NCBI GenBank assembly: GCA_003230195.1 | Contig: QIHH01000159.1 | Span: 1 to 35,547 of the forward strand | Source of the DNA: Gammaproteobacteria bacterium | GTDB taxonomy: Bacteria > Pseudomonadota > Gammaproteobacteria > SZUA-140 | Reading direction: 5' to 3' | DNA: 35,547 nt | The notes under the pieces: generated by a model | The model's input: the letters and a program-made list of their open reading frames with translations, nothing else | Database searches by the model: none | Told to the model about the DNA's origin: nothing | Shown here: one piece after another, positions 29,435 through 35,547 of the stretch | Position numbering within the stretch: the stretch's first letter is position 1 | How the letters are laid out: every line of letters starts with the position of its first letter | Made by a program: the position numbers and the translations under genes

Positions 29435-29806
29435 TTAACTCGCTTTTAGCACAGAATCTGGTTGCCCTTCATTGAGTTTACTGTAGAGGTCTTGCCATTT
29501 TGGGTTTGACTGTTCCACTAACCCCTGTTTTACCTCGAAGGGAGAGTTCTTCAGGAGCCTAGCTTGTTTATAGGCCGATTCTATCGTAGAAAACACCTCA
29601 AACCAGACTAGACTGGTGATGTTGAATTTTTTTGAGAAGCCTTCGATCATATGGTTTTTGTGTTTCCACACCTGTTCAGCGAGTGTGGGTGTGACCCCAG
29701 TGTAAATTGCGCCGTTGTCGAGATTAACTAATAGATAAACGCAGGGCTTTTGTGCTATGCCAGCCTTTGGTACGTTGGTTGAGGTAATCTGGCGCTCATT
29801 TCTCAT
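29435..29806 (-). CDS. GIY-YIG nuclease family protein (small stand-alone URI-domain type), diverged
   Basis: PCVYLLVNLDNGAIYTGVTPTLAEQVWKHKNHMIEGFSKKFNITSLVWFEVF...NPKWQDLY is collinear with the common small GIY-YIG family (..CVYIL....GTLYIGVTSDL.KRIWEHK...V.GFTKKY.V..LVYYE...REKQIK.W.R..K..LIE..NP.W.DLY, recalled). Confidence 0.8.
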   Translation of the reverse strand: MRNERQITSTNVPKAGIAQKPCVYLLVNLDNGAIYTGVTPTLAEQVWKHKNHMIEGFSKKFNITSLVWFEVFSTIESAYKQARLLKNSPFEVKQGLVEQSNPKWQDLYSKLNEGQPDSVLKAS

Positions 29807-30724
29807 GAATTTCGTATCGTCATGTGCGATATAATGTTTAGCAATTTTTGGTGATTATTATATTTATCTGCACGATGCAATCAGCAAGCTGATCCTTTAT
29901 ATTACTCTTGTTTGTCACGAAACACTCAGCGCGACTTATCAAAATTTGCATCTTATGTTGATCAAAACCCCCAGCGGCTTACTTGACGCTTTCAGGAAAG
30001 CCTCTGCTCAATAATTGCACATTTATGGTTGTGAAATTGACTATCCTGTACTGGGATGTGACCTGCATGCGACTGACGAGGCCTTTCTGCTGACGCGGCG
30101 TTTAATCTTACATGCAACAAATCACATTTGATCGCCCGGCTACCGGTGAAAGAATGAACTGTGTTAACGATTGTCCCTTCTAAACTGATATTTTTTTGTA
30201 GAGAGATACCTGCTACAAAACTTGTTAAGTTTATGTGCGATCATTTAAGTTTTATCTTGTATATTATTTTATAATCTTTTATATTCACTTACATACATGT
30301 GATTATATTATTTTTGTTACCTGCCGTGCTTAATTAATGGTCAATTAGTTTGAAAAGCTGTCATGGGATCTAATATTGCTTAGAATAAGTTAGTTATTGC
30401 CGCCACGTATTGTGTGGTGGGCAAGGCTTTCAGGCATGTTCATGGTGTCTTAAATAAGTTTCCTTTTACTTTTCTTCTTAGTTCATTGCTTGATGTATTA
30501 CGTCTGTGTGAGTCAAATAAAAATCTCGTTTTCAACTGAGTGCGATGGTACTGATTATGGGATAAATCAATGCCATTAATAGATCTGGTGATGTTTTAGC
30601 GTGGGTATTCAATACGGTTTTTTAATCAAATGTGGTTGAATTGTATCTTCTATTCTAAATAGTGTGATGAAGGTCGCGCTGTTTTTTTATAGATCCTGTA
30701 GTTTACTCGCGTTGACCAAATAAC

Positions 30725-33700
30725 ATGGACGAATGGAGTGTAAACAGCGTGTGGCATAATTTTCGGATAGCAATTATTATATTCAAGTGCGTACTATTAA
30801 CGGCGTGTGATTTAGGTGAAGATGGTGGAGGTAGTGGAGACGCTGACGTTGTCGCTACTTATCAGGGTAGCGTTGGTGACGGTCCAGTCACTGGCGCTAC
30901 AATCATCATAAGCGATAAGGATGGGGTTGTACTGAATTCAATTGTTTCTGATGCATTTGCAAATTATGAGGTGTCGATACAGGCAAAAGAGAGCTCTTAC
31001 CCTCTTACTATTGAGGCAATTGGAGGTATTGATCTTGTCACTAATGCCGCCCCCACCTTTGAATTAATTTCTACCGTGCTTTACCCCCTAGATACGATAG
31101 CTAATATTAACCCGTTTAGTACTTTTATTGTCAGAACTGCTGAAGCAATGGGTGGTTTGACTGATGAAAATATTGAGCAAGCAACAGCAACAGTCCTAAG
31201 GGAGCTTAATTTTGGTTTTGATAAGGCTTTGATGCCTGATCCTATTTCTACAGAGGTGACTGAAAGTGAAGTTGCATCGCTTGTCAAAGCCAGTGAATCG
31301 CTTGGTGAGTTAATTAGGCGAACGCAAAGATCTGCTGATGACAATCGTATGCTAGTTAGTGAAAATGATGTTATTTTAATGCTTTCAGCTGATTTGGCTG
31401 ATGGTGTTCTTGATGGTAAAGGTGAATCTGGGGTTAATGAAGAGATTGCACTCCGCGCGAAACTCATTGCAGGACAGATTATCTTAGAAGCGTTGCCTAA
31501 TCTTTTGCAGGTTAATGGTGACGTTGCCACGGCAGCACTGGATGCATCTATCGAAACGATTATGCCTGATGCCTCACCTATGCCGACTACCGGGCAGGTA
31601 GTCAGTACGGCTGAAATGATTATTCAGTTAGAAACAGCGACTAAAATTGGACAACGTATCGACCCATCTGCTGCACTTTCGGAGTTGATAAACTTAACGA
31701 ATAGTCTTGTGGGAATTTTACCAGAAGCTGTGGGTGCTTTCCTACCAGAAGGTGTTCAGGAATCGCTGATTGAGCGCTTGAGTGATATTGCAACGTTGTC
31801 CGCCGAACAAATTACAGAGCTTAATTCTCCAATCGCAGATGAGATTAATAATCCTCCTGTGATTACAGGAACGGCCCCAGATTCAGTGGCTGAAGGCGTC
31901 GCGTATTTGTTTGAACCAGTATCAAGCGATGTGGATGGCGATCTGCTGGTTTATACCATTGATAACAAGCCCTCATGGGCGGAGTTTAATGTGGCGACTG
32001 GGGGCCTTTCTGGTACGCCGGGGTTTGATCAAGCCGGCCAATTTAGTGCGATTACTATTAGTGTGACTGATGGCACCGAAAGTGTTGCGCTTGAGCCATT
32101 TTCAATTACTGTTGAAAATGTAAACCGCTCGCCCTTAATAAGTGGTATGCCGTTAACGGGGATTGTTGCTGGAACAGCTTATGATTTTACCCCCGTCGCC
32201 AGCGATGAGGACGGAGACACGCTGGTCTTTTCTATTGAGAAGCCGCCCAGCTGGAGCGAGTTTAATGTTGAAACTGGGCAGTTATCTGGCCTGCCTGATA
32301 ATAGCCATGTTGGGGTGTATGAGGGTATTATTATTCAAGTGTCAGATGGGGAGGAGGTTGTCTCTTTGCCTGCTTTTTCGATCACCGTCGGATTAAATAA
32401 CAGTGCGCCGGCTATTAGCGGCATGCCTAGTGGTGTTGTTCCTGAAGCGTCTGCTTATCGTTTTATGCCAAGTGCGAGTGACCCTGATGGAAACGCGTTA
32501 ACCTTTTCAATTATTAATGAACCCGCTTGGGCTTCATTTAATCTGACTTTGGGGCAGCTTTCCGGTGTGCCGGGTTATTCGGATAGTGGTGTTTATAGCA
32601 ATATTCAGATTAGCGTTAGCGACGGTTATGTTGTCACTTCGTTAGCCCCATTTAGCATCACTGTCACTAACGTCAACCGTGCACCGACGATCAGTGGAAC
32701 GCCGATCACAACCATTGATGAAGGTGTTTTATACCGCTTTACTCCGAACGCAGCAGATGCCGATGATGATGCGCTCACCTTTAGTGTATTGAATAAACCA
32801 CTGTGGGCCATATTGAATCCCACGACGGGTGAGTTATTGGGCACCCCTGATTTCTCATCCAGCCAGCTCTATAGCGATGTTACCTTGCAGGTGAGTGATG
32901 GTAGTGAGTTAGTGGCATTGGCATCCTTTAATATCAGCGTGAACAATGTGAACCGGGCACCGACGATCAGCGGTACGCCGATCACAACCATTGGTGAGGG
33001 CGTTTTATATCGTTTTACCCCGAACGCGGCAGATGCCGATGGTGATGAACTCACCTTTAGCGTATTGAATAAACCGCTGTGGGCAACATTGAATACAACG
33101 ACGGGTGAGTTATCGGGCACCCCAAGTGTTGCATCCAGCCAGGTCTATAGTAATATCACCCTGCAAGTGAGTGATGGTAGTGAGTTAGTGGCATTGGCAC
33201 CATTTAATATCACCGTGAGCGATGTGAACCAGGCACCGACGATCACTGGTACGCCGATCACAACCATTGATGAGGGCGTTTTATATCGTTTTACCCCGAA
33301 TGCGGCAGATGCCGATGGTGATGAACTCACCTTCAGCGTATTGAATAAGCCGCTGTGGGCAGCATTGAATACAACGACGGGTGAGTTATCGGGTACCCCT
33401 GATTTTTCATCCAGTCAAGTCTATAGTGATGTTACCCTGCAAGTGAGTGATGGTAGTAGTGAGTTAGTGGCATTGGCACCATTTAATATTACCGTGAACA
33501 ATGTGAACCGGGCACCGACGATCAGTGGCACACCATCAATAACTGTTGATGAACAATCCTCTTATAACTTTACGCCTACTGTAGATGACTTAGATAACGA
33601 TTCACTAACCTTTAGTGTTCTTAATCTCCCTGCTTGGGCAGAGGTTAATGTTGATACGGGTGAATTGAGCGGGATCCCTGATTATTCGTCTAGCATGGTG

Positions 33701-34333
33701 TACAGCAATGTCACTCTTCAGGTGAGCGATGGCATAGACACAGTTTCATTGGCACCCTTTGATATTACAGTTGTGAATGTTAATCGTGTGCCTGCTATTA
33801 GTGGTACGCCGATAGCCGTTGTTGACGAGGGGGCGACTTATAGTTTTGTTCCTGTGGCGAATGATGCCGATGATGATGTTCTTTCGTTTAGTGTAATTAA
33901 TCGGCCCGCTTGGGCAAACTTCAACAGTTCTACAGGAGAGTTGAGTGGTACCCCTGAGGGTGTTGATGTTGGTAGTTATGCAGATATTGTGATATCCGTT
34001 TCTGATGGCGATCAGTTAGTTTCACTGGATAGTTTTGACTTGGTTGTTAATGAATATCAGGCACTGGTAACCGGTAGCGCAACAGTAAGCTGGATCGCGC
34101 CGTTGACCAGAATAGATGGCTCGCAGATTATGCTGAGTGAGTTGAAGGGGTATCGGCTTTACCATGGTACTAGCGCCGATAATATGAGCCTCCTTATTGA
34201 CTTGAGTGACCCGACGGTGACTCAGCATGTTGTGGAGGGGTTAGAAGAGGGTACGCATTATTTTTCAGTGTCCGTTTATGACGTGGACGAGATTGAAAGT
34301 GAAAGGTCCGCAGTAGAGTCTAAGACGATATAA
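30725..34333 (+). CDS. Large surface lipoprotein with eight cadherin-like / He_PIG (putative Ig) repeats and a C-terminal FN3 domain; putative adhesin
   Basis: The lipoprotein signal is ...FRIAIIIFKCVLLTAC with lipobox LTAC. It is followed by Gly/Asp-rich GEDGGGSGD, then a beta-rich segment (GSVGDGPVTGATIIISDKDG) and a ~250-aa non-repetitive region. Eight ~92-aa repeats follow, then an FN3-like end (ATVSWIAPLTRIDGS...LKGYRLYHGTS...GTHYFSVSVYDVDEIESERS). GTG 30749 (GGAG 10 nt upstream) is an alternative start. Confidence 0.8.
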   Translation: MDEWSVNSVWHNFRIAIIIFKCVLLTACDLGEDGGGSGDADVVATYQGSVGDGPVTGATIIISDKDGVVLNSIVSDAFANYEVSIQAKESSYPLTIEAIGGIDLVTNAAPTFELISTVLYPLDTIANINPFSTFIVRTAEAMGGLTDENIEQATATVLRELNFGFDKALMPDPISTEVTESEVASLVKASESLGELIRRTQRSADDNRMLVSENDVILMLSADLADGVLDGKGESGVNEEIALRAKLIAGQIILEALPNLLQVNGDVATAALDASIETIMPDASPMPTTGQVVSTAEMIIQLETATKIGQRIDPSAALSELINLTNSLVGILPEAVGAFLPEGVQESLIERLSDIATLSAEQITELNSPIADEINNPPVITGTAPDSVAEGVAYLFEPVSSDVDGDLLVYTIDNKPSWAEFNVATGGLSGTPGFDQAGQFSAITISVTDGTESVALEPFSITVENVNRSPLISGMPLTGIVAGTAYDFTPVASDEDGDTLVFSIEKPPSWSEFNVETGQLSGLPDNSHVGVYEGIIIQVSDGEEVVSLPAFSITVGLNNSAPAISGMPSGVVPEASAYRFMPSASDPDGNALTFSIINEPAWASFNLTLGQLSGVPGYSDSGVYSNIQISVSDGYVVTSLAPFSITVTNVNRAPTISGTPITTIDEGVLYRFTPNAADADDDALTFSVLNKPLWAILNPTTGELLGTPDFSSSQLYSDVTLQVSDGSELVALASFNISVNNVNRAPTISGTPITTIGEGVLYRFTPNAADADGDELTFSVLNKPLWATLNTTTGELSGTPSVASSQVYSNITLQVSDGSELVALAPFNITVSDVNQAPTITGTPITTIDEGVLYRFTPNAADADGDELTFSVLNKPLWAALNTTTGELSGTPDFSSSQVYSDVTLQVSDGSSELVALAPFNITVNNVNRAPTISGTPSITVDEQSSYNFTPTVDDLDNDSLTFSVLNLPAWAEVNVDTGELSGIPDYSSSMVYSNVTLQVSDGIDTVSLAPFDITVVNVNRVPAISGTPIAVVDEGATYSFVPVANDADDDVLSFSVINRPAWANFNSSTGELSGTPEGVDVGSYADIVISVSDGDQLVSLDSFDLVVNEYQALVTGSATVSWIAPLTRIDGSQIMLSELKGYRLYHGTSADNMSLLIDLSDPTVTQHVVEGLEEGTHYFSVSVYDVDEIESERSAVESKTI
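31847..34057 (+). repeat. Eight in-frame tandem coding repeats, period 273-279 nt
   Basis: Unit starts are at about 31847, 32123, 32396, 32675, 32951, 33227, 33506 and 33782. The unit consensus is N(R)AP(T)ISGTP...EG..Y.F.P.A.D.DGD.LTFSV.N.P.WA..N..TGELSGTP......Y..V.LQVSDG...V.L.PF.ITV.NV. Units 4-6 are near-identical at the DNA level. Confidence 0.9.
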
Positions 34334-34581
34334 AATAATCACGTGAGAAGAATAGTGAGTTTTTATGTCAGCAGGCATCAGTTTAGTACTCTATTTTCTA
34401 AATGGTATGGTGGCGTGATAAGAACAACTCTAGCAGGAAAAGGATTTCTGGGTCACCGTCAGCAATAATTATACTGGCCATCTGCAAGCGCCTTTTGCAA
34501 TGTTGATGGCTTTATTATTGGCTGATACGGTGACCGCCTTTCGTTGTGGGCAGGGTTAGCTGGTCTTACGTCATAAGGCGA

Positions 34582-35547
34582 TTAGCCTGTTGTGTTTTCG
34601 GTACTGCGTTGCTGCTCCTGTTGCAGTGCCCACATACCCGCGTAAACCTTACCGGTGGCAAGCAGTTCACGGTGGCTGCCGCGCTCAACAATCTGCCCTT
34701 TATCCATCACTAATATCTGGTCTGCATCGATGATCGTCGATAGACGATGGGCAATCACCAATGTGGTGTGGTCGGTAGCGATCTCACTAAATGCAGAGAG
34801 GATTGCTTTTTCTGATTCAGAATCGAGTGCGGAGGTCGCTTCATCAAAGATTAAAATACGGGGGTTTTTGAGGATCGCACGGGCAATCGCGATACGCTGT
34901 TTTTCACCGCCCGAGACTTTAAGGCCACGTTCACCTACCATGGTTTCATAACCTTCCGGTAAGGATTCGATAAAGTTTTTTAGATGTGCCATTTCAGCGG
35001 CACGTTCTATCTCTTCTTTGGCGGCATTCGGTTTGGCATAGGCGATGTTGTAGTAGATGGTGTCGTTAAATAGCACGGTATCTTGCGGCACGATACCGAT
35101 TGATTCGCGTAGGCTTTGTTGCGTGACGTCGCGAATGTCTTGCCCATCGATTTTGATGGCGCCATTTTGTACGTCGTAAAAGCGGAACAGCAGGCGAACC
35201 AGAGTTGATTTCCCACCACCGCTGCCGCCGACTACAGCAACCTTTTCGCCGGGTTCAATTGTGAAATCGATATCATTAAGGATCTGACGATTTTTATCGT
35301 AATGAAAGGCAACGTGCTCGAACTGGACTTTGCCATCGGTAACTGCAAGTGCTTTGGCATCCGGTTTATCTTCAATGGCCTTGTTTTCATCGAGGATACC
35401 AAACATCCGTTCGATGTCGACCAGTGAGTGTTTGATTTCGCGGTAGACGAAACCGAGGAAGTTCATCGGGATGAACATCTGCAGTAGGTAGGCATTGATC
35501 AGCACTAGGTCGCCAATCGTCAGTTTGCCCTCGGCCACGCCCTGGCC
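34582..35547 (-). CDS. ABC transporter permease/ATPase, Atm1/HMT1-type exporter (3' part; the 5' end lies beyond the window)
   Basis: The reading frame is open to the window edge (GQGVAEGKLTIGDLVLINAYLLQMFIPMNFLGFVYREIKHSLVDIERMF). This closely parallels yeast Atm1 [35 protein letters not shown] (recalled). Walker A is GGSGGGKST, the signature is VSGGEKQR and Walker B is ILIFDEATSALD. Confidence 0.9.
   Translation of the reverse strand, partial: GQGVAEGKLTIGDLVLINAYLLQMFIPMNFLGFVYREIKHSLVDIERMFGILDENKAIEDKPDAKALAVTDGKVQFEHVAFHYDKNRQILNDIDFTIEPGEKVAVVGGSGGGKSTLVRLLFRFYDVQNGAIKIDGQDIRDVTQQSLRESIGIVPQDTVLFNDTIYYNIAYAKPNAAKEEIERAAEMAHLKNFIESLPEGYETMVGERGLKVSGGEKQRIAIARAILKNPRILIFDEATSALDSESEKAILSAFSEIATDHTTLVIAHRLSTIIDADQILVMDKGQIVERGSHRELLATGKVYAGMWALQQEQQRSTENTTG

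Noticed and set aside
29239-29475. 78-aa + strand ORF listed in the track.
   Set aside because: It reads through the frameshifted C-terminal part of the GFA pseudogene in the wrong frame and overlaps the 3' end of the GIY-YIG gene. I explain it as pseudogene debris.
31847-34057. Regularly spaced ~276-nt repeats, considered as a possible CRISPR-like or satellite array.
   Set aside because: The repeats are in frame within one long ORF and translate to a coherent Ig/cadherin-like domain. There is no short repeat/unique spacer structure and there are no cas genes.

Overview
This is a chromosomal window from a gammaproteobacterium, judged from gene content and order. Positions ~500-20750 form a conserved housekeeping block. 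Its order matches what I recall from Pseudomonas and E. coli: RhdA-type rhodanese, suhB, then divergently trmJ-cysE-iscR-(extra nifS-like desulfurase)-iscS-iscU-iscA-hscB-hscA-fdx-iscX, then ndk, rlmN, pilW, rodZ, ispG, hisS, yfgM-like, bamB and der. From ~20750 onward the content is less conserved. It holds a secreted PrcB-like protein and a TPR/GT41 (OGT-like) glycosyltransferase. A small 4-TM protein follows, co-transcribed with a 2-TM K+ channel that has tandem RCK domains. Next come monomeric isocitrate dehydrogenase, a decayed GFA-family pseudogene with a ~190-nt insert carrying inverted repeats, and a diverged GIY-YIG protein. A 918-nt AT-rich ORF-free region precedes a 1202-aa lipoprotein with eight tandem cadherin-like/He_PIG repeats and a C-terminal FN3 domain. 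The window ends in the 3' part of an Atm1-type ABC exporter gene. I saw no tRNA, rRNA, CRISPR array, integrase, transposase or recognisable defence gene, so I cannot name a clear novel system. The observations most worth a second look are: (1) rlmN is split by a short out-of-frame deletion; (2) the GFA remnant and its inserted palindromic element; (3) the small-membrane-protein plus TIGFGE-filter channel operon; (4) the TPR-GT41-TPR protein, whose C-terminal TPR block looks like the start of a second paralogue; (5) the repeat-rich surface lipoprotein behind a long AT-rich leader. All family assignments come from motif recognition by eye. No searches were run.
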